DNA from: a virus
DNA length: 64,000 nucleotides
Virus record (IMG/VR): IMGVR_UViG_3300032313_000518
Location: 46,969-110,968 of that record
Direction: 5' to 3' (one strand)
The position numbers and the translations under genes are program-made. The notes under the pieces were generated by a model. The model had not been told where the DNA came from, did no database searches, and worked only from the letters and a program-made list of their open reading frames with translations. Positions within the stretch are counted from its first letter, which is position 1. Each line of letters starts with the position of its first letter. Shown here one piece after another: positions 19,901-29,848 of the stretch.

Positions 19901-21871
19901 GATATAGAACAAACTACTGGTTCATTTGCAACCTTAACATTTGGATTGGGCAATAATGCAATATCAGCACCTTATATAGAAACACCATTTATATCGGCTT
20001 CCGTATCAACTACATATTTTCCATCTGGATTTGATTATGTTTTAGGACCTGATACTGTTAGTGGTAGTTCATATTTTCCACTATCTACTGAACATTATAG
20101 TAATGTTTTAATAAATAGATATCCTTTGGGGGGTCAATTATCATCTGCATCTTTGTATGAAGTATTACTAAAAACATCCGATGGGCAACGAATAATCAAT
20201 TCGGTAAGTATGTCTTTTGTTAGTACAAAAGAATGTTGGGAAAGTGGTTCTTATTTATCAATTGGTAATGATTTTATAGGTAATTTAGATGAATTCCGTT
20301 TATGGAAAGTTCCATTACAACCATCTAAATTTGAAAATCATACATTACACCCAGACGCAATAAATGGTAATTCATATACTGCATCAACTGCAGATTTAAT
20401 GTTCCGTTTGGATTTTGAATATCCAAAAGATAGAATATTAGACCCTTATATTAAAAACGTATCATTGAGTAATCAATACGCTGAAAATTCAGCTACTGCA
20501 AGTAATATTTGGGCAAATTCATCATATCCATATCAATACGAAGCATATGATAGAACAGTAACAGCTACTGTTCCATCTTTAGGATTAAATTATTCAAACA
20601 AAATAAGATTAGAAGAACAACAACTTATTGGTAATTTATCACATAAAGTAAGAGCAACCAACAAATCATTTGATAGAGCACCAATTGATTCAAACCGATT
20701 GGGTATATTCATGTCTCCAATAAAAGAGTTGAATATGGATATTGTAAAAGCATTTGGTGATTTTAATATTGATAATTATATTGGAGACCCATCGGATGAA
20801 TACAAAAATTCATATAGAGAACTTGATAATTTAAGAAAATATTACTTCCAACGTTTGGATAGAAATATGAATGAATATATCCAATTAGTAAGATATATTG
20901 ATAAATCTTTATTTGATGTATTGGATGATTTAGCTCCTGCTAGAGCAAAAGTTTCTAAAGGTCTTTTAATCGAACCTCATTATTTAGAAAGAAGTAAAAC
21001 TAAATGGGATAAACCAAAATCAGAAAGAGGTGATTATGAAAGTGTTGTAAATGCAAATCAGTACAATGAAATAGAATTTTCATATGAAAGTAAAGATGCT
21101 TTAATAGATGCAACTCAAATAGCAACATTAGTTTCCGATTTACCATCGTATGATGCTTTAGTAAATACTGATGAAGTTTATCTAATTGAATCGGAAAACA
21201 ATGGATATGAAACGGAAATATCCACTAATGATGTTTATGTAATAGAAACGGAATATCCAACATATCCACCTACTGGTTCTGTAGAAATATATATACCAAC
21301 TGGTGCCACTATAACTGCTGAAATTGATTCGTTTAATACAACCATTGTTGGTATGAATCCTGAATCATTGGCAAACGCTGGTTTTGGTTTATATGGAGAA
21401 AATGGTAATGCTATTGTATCTACTATTGAACCTATTTTTGGTAATTATCAAACAAGTGGAAGTAGAAAAAGTGTATTTTTAGTAAAAGAACAATTTACTA
21501 CAAAAGTTTCAACTCAAACAAAAGGATGGCCTGTAAATGGCGCACCTTTGGGTGAGCAAGTTTTATATGAAGATATAGTAAACACAAAATACAGATATAA
21601 AGTTTCAGTTTTACCATTTAGTGGAAGTATCACTATTGGAAATCAAACAACAGAAGTGACTTCATTGAATGGGTATTTTCCAACACACTATAAGTTTGTA
21701 AACAACTTATCCAACGGATTGCAAAAATTATTTTGGAAAGGTTCTGTACAAAGTGCAGCAACAACACCTGATGGTTTAGACCCAGTTGAAATATTTACTA
21801 CCAATCCTAATATACTTAAAGTTGCTAAAACGGGTAGAGGAAGTGGTGAACCAATACTTATTGTGGAGTAA
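16928..21871 (+). CDS. Large baseplate wedge protein (gp7-like) with LamG-like domain
   Basis: WRRILNNLPYLLKHKGT motif; SIEFRIK...F.GNLDEFRLW; LAPARA..GLLIEP..LER. Confidence 0.65.
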   Translation: MLTEAEKAEAKLIGLTEEQYLMLKKNNTLELYKAAGNLADIGKKISSGEINLFPNGLNIPLQLSALQFGDTVMPSYTVVEYPDGRPPFIYNSANPYNVPKSEKEWKDILKGAISAKNDLTGDIPLPPVDPTDLNLPENTIFTVFVALNGANNSAAFIKGGETFRLKQGLNEIKVDVGTKLTFISADQKLYNVSEINVVSANVKKNVKSSKTTPIITCEITVNGVYNVDIYTESNTVTQTTNLILPEIKLGNSELKRYNINTDTGIPIGIIKIGKVEQVTAYINRKSYKFTNLGTETNAVIVIPDSAFTQVGSYKTILVPYNSSVGDGNALEFQISAVEEMNVGTPDIRNITFPSVLYGPDYVGTDVDFQISYDSVDTDFVRIKKLGGTSYIQVTKAGTVDLNFKKLLELDGTQISEDEDKIRLSLVLTPYNVSGYKVLTGLGERISINFDKGNLTIPRSVAINRIAEAFTSQFDDSIFVDETSKYLTHLLHLGNGDNKVITTWVGSQNSLIVKLYEPLSTTIQTNRQVWISKVQSNPIVETVTLNETVQNVCTPLKGPNFSLEPDNGIGYKVFNDLIGSGSNTSNDLVTKYLETSGIDTTKLSIAYASGSSTSAEYLFTNFVNFSSAEERVNNFFYKIQLLQNYKTRYSELIADTFISPYEDVDATILTEDGLFKTVTEDGIFEINWEIFQYKGVAQLEEAKILLNTINGIIKGFDGFENWLYTDTTYTTLSYPKTTYTHPITGLTTNIIKPTTDNDVISWYEYIIDVCAEFDKYNPNYLVNNIPTFISEDYDNSDFIVFLDMIGQHFDIIWVYINALKGNKILEEKQIKGVTNKFIYNLLESMGWEGKRAFDSEFLWEYVFGTNKEGFQKYSMPLEDANNQVWRRILNNLPYLLKHKGTSRAMKAVMACYGVPQSMLTIMEFGGPQDPTKSGSTKFTFDDRTAAIKLKNDSSVVVPWKSVNGSYPKSIEFRIKPDSVKNTRIISSSQFYLDIEQTTGSFATLTFGLGNNAISAPYIETPFISASVSTTYFPSGFDYVLGPDTVSGSSYFPLSTEHYSNVLINRYPLGGQLSSASLYEVLLKTSDGQRIINSVSMSFVSTKECWESGSYLSIGNDFIGNLDEFRLWKVPLQPSKFENHTLHPDAINGNSYTASTADLMFRLDFEYPKDRILDPYIKNVSLSNQYAENSATASNIWANSSYPYQYEAYDRTVTATVPSLGLNYSNKIRLEEQQLIGNLSHKVRATNKSFDRAPIDSNRLGIFMSPIKELNMDIVKAFGDFNIDNYIGDPSDEYKNSYRELDNLRKYYFQRLDRNMNEYIQLVRYIDKSLFDVLDDLAPARAKVSKGLLIEPHYLERSKTKWDKPKSERGDYESVVNANQYNEIEFSYESKDALIDATQIATLVSDLPSYDALVNTDEVYLIESENNGYETEISTNDVYVIETEYPTYPPTGSVEIYIPTGATITAEIDSFNTTIVGMNPESLANAGFGLYGENGNAIVSTIEPIFGNYQTSGSRKSVFLVKEQFTTKVSTQTKGWPVNGAPLGEQVLYEDIVNTKYRYKVSVLPFSGSITIGNQTTEVTSLNGYFPTHYKFVNNLSNGLQKLFWKGSVQSAATTPDGLDPVEIFTTNPNILKVAKTGRGSGEPILIVE

Positions 21872-21892
21872 TTGGAAAATAAAAATAAGTTA

Positions 21893-21900
21893 TATTTATA
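21893..21900 (+). promoter_or_regulatory. Putative late promoter TATTTATA
   Basis: Octamer 24 nt before ATG 21925. Confidence 0.65.
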
Positions 21901-21924
21901 TAATATAGAATAAACGCATAACAA

Positions 21925-22554
21925 ATGGCATATTTAGATAATTCAGAAATAACAGTAGATGCAATTTTAACCAAAAAAGGTAGACAAAAATTAGCATCCG
22001 GTCAATCTCTAAACATTACAAAGTTCGCTTTGGCAGATGATGAAATTGATTATACATTATACGAACCAGCACATCCAAAAGGTTCGGCATATTATGATTC
22101 TGCAATCAGAGCAATTCCTGTAACGGAAGCATCTCCTGATGAGACTCAAGTATTAAGATATAAATTGGTAACTTTACCAAAAGGAACAACACAAATCCCA
22201 GTGGTTAAATTGGGTGTAACTGCAATTGCAGTAAATCAAACCGAAGGTGGTGTGGGATTAACTCCAACAACTTCTCCTGCTGGAAATCAAAATTCTGGAT
22301 ACACTGTTGTATTAGCAGACCAAAGAGCAGGTACATTAACTGTAACTTCTGGAGCAACTGGAACTGGAACTATTCCTGTATTCTTAGGTGAAGAAATTAC
22401 AACAACCGCACAGGTAGTTAGTGGTTTAGAATTTAGATTTACTCCAAATCCTAACTTAACTATTTCTGTTGCAACAACAATAACGGTTTATGGTAATGAA
22501 ACAGGAGGTTCTCAAACAATACCGGTAACTGTAACATACAAACAAACAGTATAA
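21925..22554 (+). CDS. Virion structural protein (baseplate/tail-collar-like)
   Basis: DAILTKKGRQKLA..ITKFALADDEIDY motif. Confidence 0.65.
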   Translation: MAYLDNSEITVDAILTKKGRQKLASGQSLNITKFALADDEIDYTLYEPAHPKGSAYYDSAIRAIPVTEASPDETQVLRYKLVTLPKGTTQIPVVKLGVTAIAVNQTEGGVGLTPTTSPAGNQNSGYTVVLADQRAGTLTVTSGATGTGTIPVFLGEEITTTAQVVSGLEFRFTPNPNLTISVATTITVYGNETGGSQTIPVTVTYKQTV

Positions 22555-22567
22555 TAAAATATAGAAA

Positions 22568-23806
22568 ATGGCACTAATAAATAACGCAGCAGTTTCGGCA
22601 GAGATTTTACGAATAGTAAACGCTGGTACGTTCACATCCGAAGAAGTCGTTGCAGCTCTTAATAGAGCATTACCAGCTGGACAGCAAGTTGCATCTGGTA
22701 CTGGAACTACAACTGGAATATACAAAAGATTTGGAGAATTTGATAAAGTAAACGCAAAAACTGAAGTAGTAACTACTGGTTTATGGAGTGGTGATGCTGG
22801 TTCATTAACTACATTCTTTACATCATCAACTCAAGCAATAAATACTAATAAAAGTGGTTTTTATTATTACAATGCATATTCGGTAAATCCAGAAACGGAT
22901 ACAACTGCGGAAGTTCAATTTGCAGTAGCATATGGACACGTTGATGGTAGTGGTTCAATTACATTATCAAATGATGATAACTCATTATTAGCAACAAAAG
23001 CAACATATGCACAATATCGTTCAATGTTGTTAGACCCAACTGATAGTAAATTCTCATTTGATAATAGTTCAAACATATCGGTGGATTCAAATGATATCTA
23101 TGTAATCAATTTAGCTAGAAATAGATTTAGAGAAAAAATTGATGCTGGTAACTGGTCATTAAGTTTGAGTGGTTCTAGTGGAATATTTACTTTTATTGAT
23201 GATAGTGGTAAGAAATTTAGTGATGAGGATGGTTTAAGTGGTAGAGTATTTAAAGTTGTTCATGGTACATTAAATTTAGGAACACAAAATGCAGCAACTG
23301 TAACTACAACAACAGCACCAAACGGATTGGGATATGGATTATTTTATCCTGATAGAGGACTTATTGTACTAAATCCATCCGCAATTGCATCTAAAGTTGG
23401 TGATATATTAACTCAAACAGTATATACACCAATTGGTTCTACTATTATTAGTGGTAGTTTGGCTGGTAATTTGGCTGTTGATAAAGAACAAATAAATCAA
23501 GCTAGATTATATCAATCTATTAAAGGTGGTGGTGATTTTGAAATGAGAAGAACTGAAAACATTTCAACTCAGCATTTCTTTGTAAGAGCAACAAATAGAG
23601 AGTTCAACTACTCTAACAACCCAACGTATGTAAATACAGATGGAACATTTGTTGAAACTACATTTAAAACTGACCCATATACTTATATTACAACAATAGG
23701 TTTATTAAATGATGCAAACGAATTAATTGCGGTGGCTAAAACATCTCAACCAATTGCAAAATCATTTGATAAGGAAGTTTTAATTAAAGTTAAATTATCA
23801 TTCTAA
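22568..23806 (+). CDS. Baseplate structural protein
   Basis: C-terminal YITTIGLLND.NELIAVAK..QPI.K motif. Confidence 0.65.
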   Translation: MALINNAAVSAEILRIVNAGTFTSEEVVAALNRALPAGQQVASGTGTTTGIYKRFGEFDKVNAKTEVVTTGLWSGDAGSLTTFFTSSTQAINTNKSGFYYYNAYSVNPETDTTAEVQFAVAYGHVDGSGSITLSNDDNSLLATKATYAQYRSMLLDPTDSKFSFDNSSNISVDSNDIYVINLARNRFREKIDAGNWSLSLSGSSGIFTFIDDSGKKFSDEDGLSGRVFKVVHGTLNLGTQNAATVTTTTAPNGLGYGLFYPDRGLIVLNPSAIASKVGDILTQTVYTPIGSTIISGSLAGNLAVDKEQINQARLYQSIKGGGDFEMRRTENISTQHFFVRATNREFNYSNNPTYVNTDGTFVETTFKTDPYTYITTIGLLNDANELIAVAKTSQPIAKSFDKEVLIKVKLSF

Positions 23807-23828
23807 TACAATTAATTAGATAAATTGA

Positions 23829-23860
23829 AGACCTCCAATTCGTTGGGGGTTTTTCTTTTT
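23829..23860 (+). terminator. Rho-independent terminator
   Basis: AGACCTCCAA-TTCG-TTGGGGGTTT hairpin followed by a T-rich tract. Confidence 0.85.
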
Positions 23861-23865
23861 ATTCA

Positions 23866-23873
23866 TATTTATA
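23866..23873 (+). promoter_or_regulatory. Putative late promoter TATTTATA
   Basis: Octamer directly after the terminator, 18 nt before ATG 23892. Confidence 0.7.
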
Positions 23874-23891
23874 TAAAAGTAAATAATTCAA

Positions 23892-24863
23892 ATGCTTAAA
23901 GAAATTTCAAAATCTGATATTATTGTTAGACCTTTTAAGGTTTATAAAGAATGGACATTAGATGAAAACGATATACATCCTATATTTGCTTTAAGTGGAA
24001 GTAGTGGTAATTTTGATGATACCATTGATGAAGTTAGTTATGGTGTTTCTAAAAAAAGTTTATACGCTTCGATTAAATCGCAGTTCTACCGTAATTCAGC
24101 AACAGCATCTATTTTTACCGAAGTTGGTAGACGAAAATCATATGCTTCAACCGATGAAAGAAATTTAGAAGATGAGTTGGTTGTATTTTCAATTCCACAA
24201 ACTTATTATGGTGAGGGTATTAAAGTTGGTACTGTTACTTTATTGGATGATGACACAAATAGGACTTTATCCGATGATGGGTATTCTAATTTAATAGATT
24301 CTGGAAGTAACATAAAAGGAAATATATTCTATGATAGAGGTATGGTTATTGTAACGAAAGATATTACATCTGGTTCAAACTTCAATACTTTTAGATTAGA
24401 TTATCGTTCTACCAAAACAATTTATGAAAATGAAATATTCATATCAGTTTTAGAAAACGAATTTAATCATTCTCAAAATCCAACTGCGGTTTATGAATCT
24501 GGAGCAGGAACACAAACATTAATATTTACAGACCCAAATGATATAACAGGTGTAAACAAATTTTCAAAGAAAGTATATGCATCTGGTGTAAAATATGTAA
24601 AGAAAAAAACTAATTTACCTAACGGAAGTGGTTCTTTGGATTATAGAATACAATCAAAATTAGACCCAACAAAGTACGGAAGTTTTGATGATTATGATGA
24701 GTATGGAACTACTGATAGAACTGGTTCTTATTTAGCTCCTTATATCACAACAATTGGGTTATACGATGATAGTTTAAATATGGTAGCTGTTGCAAAATTA
24801 CCCCAACCCATAAAATCACTTCCAGATTACCCTGTAAACTTTATAATACGTTTCGATACATAA
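23892..24863 (+). CDS. Baseplate structural protein, paralog of 22568..23806
   Basis: Shared G..FY..G and YITTIGLYDD..NMVAVAKLPQPIK motifs. Confidence 0.65.
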   Translation: MLKEISKSDIIVRPFKVYKEWTLDENDIHPIFALSGSSGNFDDTIDEVSYGVSKKSLYASIKSQFYRNSATASIFTEVGRRKSYASTDERNLEDELVVFSIPQTYYGEGIKVGTVTLLDDDTNRTLSDDGYSNLIDSGSNIKGNIFYDRGMVIVTKDITSGSNFNTFRLDYRSTKTIYENEIFISVLENEFNHSQNPTAVYESGAGTQTLIFTDPNDITGVNKFSKKVYASGVKYVKKKTNLPNGSGSLDYRIQSKLDPTKYGSFDDYDEYGTTDRTGSYLAPYITTIGLYDDSLNMVAVAKLPQPIKSLPDYPVNFIIRFDT

Positions 24864-24868
24864 TGTTA

Positions 24869-24876
24869 TATTTATA
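24869..24876 (+). promoter_or_regulatory. Putative late promoter TATTTATA
   Basis: Octamer 20 nt before ATG 24897. Confidence 0.65.
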
Positions 24877-24896
24877 GGTAATTAAATAATTTAAAA

Positions 24897-25097
24897 ATGT
24901 CAAAAATATTAGAATTATACGGTAAAAATGGACCTAAAACAGGTCAAATAGATACAAAGGGTAGAGATAAAACTCCAATTGGAAATGAATTTCCATTTCC
25001 AGGTTCTAAAGATTTATCAAGAGATGAAACAGTCTTACAAAAATCAAGAAATGGAAAATTGAATACAACAAAATATTCAACTACCATAAAGAAATAA
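24897..25097 (+). CDS. Hypothetical basic protein
   Basis: 66-aa ORF with upstream promoter motif and A-rich leader. Confidence 0.65.
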   Translation: MSKILELYGKNGPKTGQIDTKGRDKTPIGNEFPFPGSKDLSRDETVLQKSRNGKLNTTKYSTTIKK

Positions 25098-25098
25098 A

Positions 25099-25506
25099 AT
25101 GAATTGGTTATATGAGGGAAATATTGTTACGGAAGAAGACGTACCTGTTGGTGCGGTGGGATTCGTATATAAAATAATTCACACTCCAACTGGTAGATAT
25201 TATATAGGTAAGAAATCACTTACATCAACTAGGAAATTAGCACCACTCAAAGGACAAAAAAGAAAAAGAACAGTAACCAAATCTTCGGATTGGGAAAAAT
25301 ACTATTCTTCAAACGATTGGATTAAAGAACAAATAAAGGAAGGTAAAGCTGAAGAATTCAGTAGAGAAATCATCCAATACTGCTTCTCTAAAAAATCATT
25401 AACATATTACGAAATCTATTGGCAGTTTCATTATAATGTACTTGCCGATGATAATGCAATAAACGAAAACCTAATGGGTAAATTCTATCGTAGGGATTTA
25501 CTTTAA
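25099..25506 (+). CDS. GIY-YIG family nuclease
   Basis: GFVYKI...GRYYIGKK with conserved downstream E and N. Confidence 0.8.
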   Translation: MNWLYEGNIVTEEDVPVGAVGFVYKIIHTPTGRYYIGKKSLTSTRKLAPLKGQKRKRTVTKSSDWEKYYSSNDWIKEQIKEGKAEEFSREIIQYCFSKKSLTYYEIYWQFHYNVLADDNAINENLMGKFYRRDLL

Positions 25507-25517
25507 ACACAAAAGTT

Positions 25518-25718
25518 ATGACAATACCTGAAATATCAAAAAAATACGGAATCTCCGAAGCATATTTAAATGCAAAAGATGATGCAGTACAAATTGCAGC
25601 AGCATCTATATTAGATTTAAAAGCTATGGTTGAGCAAAATCATCCAAAAGAAACCATCACAAAGAAAATGCAGTTTTTAGCAGACTTCTTATATGATGTA
25701 AAAAATTCTAATCATTAA
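25518..25718 (+). CDS. Hypothetical protein
   Basis: 66-aa ORF packed within the operon. Confidence 0.6.
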   Translation: MTIPEISKKYGISEAYLNAKDDAVQIAAASILDLKAMVEQNHPKETITKKMQFLADFLYDVKNSNH

Positions 25719-25750
25719 TTTGGAATTGTAAAATAATCTTCGTATATTTG
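25719..25750 (+). promoter_or_regulatory. Bacteroidota-type housekeeping promoter (TTTG-N20-TATATTTG)
   Basis: Exact -33 TTTG (25719-25722) and -7 TAnnTTTG (25743-25750) upstream of the primase. Confidence 0.8.
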
Positions 25751-25769
25751 TAAGATTATAATCCAAATT

Positions 25770-26708
25770 ATGCTATCTGGTAAAAATAAAATTGTAGTTA
25801 TATCGATTTTAGACACAACGCTTGGTGTTGGTTCATCTCTTAAAGGGAATGAGCAACAACACCATTGTCCATTCTGTCATCATCACAAAAAGAAACTACA
25901 AGTAAATTTAGATACACAACAATGGCATTGTTGGGTGTGCAACTCCAAAGGACGTTCTATTACATCTCTTCTTCGTAAACTAAATGTTGATAGGAGAGAT
26001 TTGGATAGGTTACATAAAATCTATGGAGATGAACCTGCATACTCACCAACAGAAGAGTATGTAATCAAATTACAATTACCTAAAGAGTTCAAACAATTGT
26101 ATTTCAAACCATCAGGTCTATTCAATCCAATATACAACACTGCAATCCATTACCTAAAACAAAGAGGTATTAAAGAATCGGAGATTGTAAAATATAACAT
26201 CGGATATTGTGAAGATGGATTATATGGTGGTAGAATTATTATACCATCCTATGATGATAGTGGTGAGTTAAACTATTTTATTGCTCGTTCTTTTTATGAG
26301 GATGAAAAGATGAAATACAAAAACCCACCTGTTAATAGAGATGTGATTGTGTTTGAAAATCAAATTAATTGGAATGAACCCATCACATTAGTTGAGGGGG
26401 CATTTGATGCATTCTCCGTGAAGAGAAATGTAATTCCTCTATTGGGTAAATTCTTATTAAGTAAATTAAAGAATAAGATTTTTGAAAAAGGTGTAAAAGA
26501 AATTACCATAATGTTAGATTCAGATGCTATTGAAGATTCCACAAAGCATTCGGAATGGTTTATTAAAAACGGAATCAAAGTTAAGAATATAATACCTACC
26601 GGTAAAGATGCTGGGGAGTTGGGATACGAAAGAGTAAACGAACTTATTAAAACTACTACTGAAACTGGTTGGGATGATTTAGTCCTTGCCAAATTAAACA
26701 ACGTATGA
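25770..26708 (+). CDS. DNA primase (DnaG/gp61-like)
   Basis: Zn finger CPFC...WHCWVC; RIIIP; TOPRIM LVEGAFD and DSD. Confidence 0.9.
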   Translation: MLSGKNKIVVISILDTTLGVGSSLKGNEQQHHCPFCHHHKKKLQVNLDTQQWHCWVCNSKGRSITSLLRKLNVDRRDLDRLHKIYGDEPAYSPTEEYVIKLQLPKEFKQLYFKPSGLFNPIYNTAIHYLKQRGIKESEIVKYNIGYCEDGLYGGRIIIPSYDDSGELNYFIARSFYEDEKMKYKNPPVNRDVIVFENQINWNEPITLVEGAFDAFSVKRNVIPLLGKFLLSKLKNKIFEKGVKEITIMLDSDAIEDSTKHSEWFIKNGIKVKNIIPTGKDAGELGYERVNELIKTTTETGWDDLVLAKLNNV

Positions 26709-29700
26709 GTATAAAAAGAATATATCACATTGCAGATGTTCATATCCGTAATGTAAAAAGACACAACGAATATAGACAAGTATTTGAAAAAATGTTTGAA
26801 GAGATTCGTAAGAGGGGAACTGAAGATTCACTCATTTATTTAGCTGGAGATATTGCCCATGCTAAATTAGAAATGAGTCCTGAATTATTAAAAGAAATTA
26901 GTTGGTTATTTACGGAGTGTTCTAAACATTGTGAAACTATCCTCATTGCAGGAAATCACGATTGTAATATGAACAACTCTGATAGATTGGATGTTTTGAC
27001 TCCAATCGTAGATGCATTGAATCTACCAAACTTTCATTACCTTAGAGATACGCAAGTATATTCAATTGGTGGAATCGATTTTTCAGTATTCTCTATTTTT
27101 GATAAAAGGGATAATTGGATTACAGCAGATAAACTATTTGGTAACAAAAAGATTGCACTATTTCACGGACCATTAGATACATCCACAACCGATGTAGGAT
27201 ATGTGGTAAGTAGTAGACACTTTAAGCCGGAGATATTTGATGGGTTTGATTTAGCTCTATTGGGAGATATCCATAAGAGACAAGAAATTATATCGGAGGC
27301 AGGATGTAAGATTGTATATGCTGGTTCATTAGTACAACAAAATTTTGGAGAGAGTTTAGATAAGCATGGATTTGTAGTTTGGGATATGGATACTCTAAAC
27401 TATGAAGAAGTTGATATCCAAAACGAATACGGATACTACACTATGAATGTGGATAATGGTATTGTGCCCGATGTGGATGATATGCCTGTTCATCCCCGGT
27501 TAAGGGTTAAATTATCCAACACCGATACTGCGGATACTAAAAGAGTGGTAACGGAGATTAAGATGAAGTACAACGTAGATGACTTTACAATCATTCGGAC
27601 AGACTCATTCTCAAAGAGTAAGACGGGTAATAGAAGTAGTAAGTTGGACTTCGAAGATATATCCGATATTAACCACCAGAACTCTCTCATATCGGAGTAT
27701 GTTAAACGAATGATGCCATACACTACCGAAGATGATTTGAAGGGCTTAGAAACGATAAATAGAGATGTAAATAGTAGAATCGTAACGGAAGATATTCATA
27801 GAAATATTCATTGGAAACCTGTAAGATTCGAATTCAGTAATATGTTCTCTTATGGGGAGGATAATACAATCAACTTTGATAAGATAGGTGGGTTAATGGG
27901 ATTGTTTGCACCAAACGCAGCTGGTAAATCCTCACTCTTTGATGCCATTTCATTCTGTCTTTTTGATAAGTGTAGTAGAGCATTCAAAGCAGGAAACATT
28001 CTAAACAATCGTAAGGATACCTTTAGTTGTAAGTTGGAGATTGAGATTGATGGGGTAAGGTACTTTATTCAAAGGGAAGCAAAGACAGTGAGTAAGGGTA
28101 AGAGTGTTAAGGTAGATGTACAATTTTGGAAAGAGAATGGAGATGGTACGGAAATTCTAAATGGAACGGAACGTAGAGATACCAATAACATCATTGAGCA
28201 GTATGTTGGTAGGTATGAAGATTTTGTTCTAACTGCCCTTTCATTGCAAGGAAACAACGCCCTATTCATTGATAAATCTCAAAGTGAAAGAAAGGAATTA
28301 CTTTCTCAATTTATGGGATTAACTATCTTTGATAAATTATATGAAACGGCAAATGAAGATATTAAAGAAGTAACAACACTTATCAGAAATTTTAAGAGGA
28401 CCGACTTTACTTCCGAATTAGCAGAAAAGCAAAGTGAACTCAAAGAAAAGAAAGAAGAGTTTAATACATTGGATACTGAATCTAAGGAGTTGGAAACCCA
28501 AAAGAGTGAGTTAGAAAAAGAAATTATTCAGCTATCACAACAATTGACTCCAATGGATGGTAATTTAAACATTGATAGTTTGAATACCAAAAAATCAAAT
28601 TTGGATGAAAGTATTGAAAAGCAAATTGAAAAGATGACCGATAAGGCATCTAAATTGGAAGAGTACGAATCTGCATTAGAACAAATCGGAAAGAGTATTA
28701 CGGAAAGTAAATTATACGATGGTAATCCAATTGATTATATGTACACTAAATTTACAACTCTTCAATCTACATACACATCATCATTACACTCGATTGATAA
28801 ATTACACATATCATTAGATGCTAACAAAGAAAAGTTATCTCATTTAGAAAAGCATGAGTATGACCCTAATTGTAATTTTTGTATGAACAACGTATTTGTA
28901 AAGGATGCAAAGGAAACCGAAAAGATAGTTGGGGAGCAGTTGATTGTATTAGAAGAATTGGAAAGAGGTTCAAAAACAATTACTCAAAATCTACAATCAT
29001 TGAAGGATGTTAAATCTCAATATGATTTATGGATTTCTTTAACTGAAAAACAAAAGAAAGGTAATACATTATCTGATAGTACCAAATTGGAGTTAGAGCA
29101 GATGGAAACTCAATTGCGTTTATTCCAACACCAATTGGAAGCAGTTGAGGGGGATATCCAACGTTATAATGATAATTTGGAAACTATTTCTAAAAACAAA
29201 GAGATACAAACCAAAATATCAGAACTAACAACATCTAAAAAAGAAATTGAAAGTAAGATAGAAACTGCTAAAAAGAAACTTCTAAAGTTATCATCCGATA
29301 CCGGTTCTATTAACACATTCATTAAAGATATGAAAGCTAAGATGGTTGAGGTTAAGGATTTGGAAACAAAGAATCAATTGTACACATTTTATTTAGATGC
29401 GGTTAAGAGAGATGGAATTCCATATGAATTGATTACTAAAGCTCTACCTGTAATTGAAGAAGAGATTAATAACATATTAGGACAGGTTGTTGATTTTGGA
29501 ATTGTAATGGATACTGATGGTAAAAACATCAACGCTAAGATAGTTTACGATGACCAGGAATGGGCATTGGAAATGTGTAGTGGTATGGAGAAGTTTGTTA
29601 GTGGATTGGCAATCAGAGTTGCTCTTATTAACATATGTAATCTACCTAGACCAAACTTCTTAGTAATTGATGAGGGGTTTGGTACATTGGATTCCGATAA

Positions 29701-29848
29701 TCTATCATCCCTATTTATGATGATGCAATATCTTAAAACTCAATTTGATTTTATTTGGATGATTTCTCATCTGGAACAAATGAGAGATATTGTAGATGGA
29801 CTAATTGAAATTAAAAAAGATAATGGTTTCAGTAAGATTAACTTTTAA
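26705..29848 (+). CDS. Fused Mre11/SbcD nuclease - Rad50/SbcC ATPase (gp47-gp46-like)
   Basis: HIADVH, GDIAH, GNHD, LGDIH; Walker A APNAAGKSS; coiled coil with CNFC zinc hook; CSGMEK signature; LVIDEGFGTLD; ISH. Confidence 0.92.
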   Translation: MSIKRIYHIADVHIRNVKRHNEYRQVFEKMFEEIRKRGTEDSLIYLAGDIAHAKLEMSPELLKEISWLFTECSKHCETILIAGNHDCNMNNSDRLDVLTPIVDALNLPNFHYLRDTQVYSIGGIDFSVFSIFDKRDNWITADKLFGNKKIALFHGPLDTSTTDVGYVVSSRHFKPEIFDGFDLALLGDIHKRQEIISEAGCKIVYAGSLVQQNFGESLDKHGFVVWDMDTLNYEEVDIQNEYGYYTMNVDNGIVPDVDDMPVHPRLRVKLSNTDTADTKRVVTEIKMKYNVDDFTIIRTDSFSKSKTGNRSSKLDFEDISDINHQNSLISEYVKRMMPYTTEDDLKGLETINRDVNSRIVTEDIHRNIHWKPVRFEFSNMFSYGEDNTINFDKIGGLMGLFAPNAAGKSSLFDAISFCLFDKCSRAFKAGNILNNRKDTFSCKLEIEIDGVRYFIQREAKTVSKGKSVKVDVQFWKENGDGTEILNGTERRDTNNIIEQYVGRYEDFVLTALSLQGNNALFIDKSQSERKELLSQFMGLTIFDKLYETANEDIKEVTTLIRNFKRTDFTSELAEKQSELKEKKEEFNTLDTESKELETQKSELEKEIIQLSQQLTPMDGNLNIDSLNTKKSNLDESIEKQIEKMTDKASKLEEYESALEQIGKSITESKLYDGNPIDYMYTKFTTLQSTYTSSLHSIDKLHISLDANKEKLSHLEKHEYDPNCNFCMNNVFVKDAKETEKIVGEQLIVLEELERGSKTITQNLQSLKDVKSQYDLWISLTEKQKKGNTLSDSTKLELEQMETQLRLFQHQLEAVEGDIQRYNDNLETISKNKEIQTKISELTTSKKEIESKIETAKKKLLKLSSDTGSINTFIKDMKAKMVEVKDLETKNQLYTFYLDAVKRDGIPYELITKALPVIEEEINNILGQVVDFGIVMDTDGKNINAKIVYDDQEWALEMCSGMEKFVSGLAIRVALINICNLPRPNFLVIDEGFGTLDSDNLSSLFMMMQYLKTQFDFIWMISHLEQMRDIVDGLIEIKKDNGFSKINF

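Noticed and set aside
25099-25506. Mobile homing endonuclease or intron
   Set aside because: Only a 135-aa catalytic domain with no DNA-binding extension and no interrupted gene.
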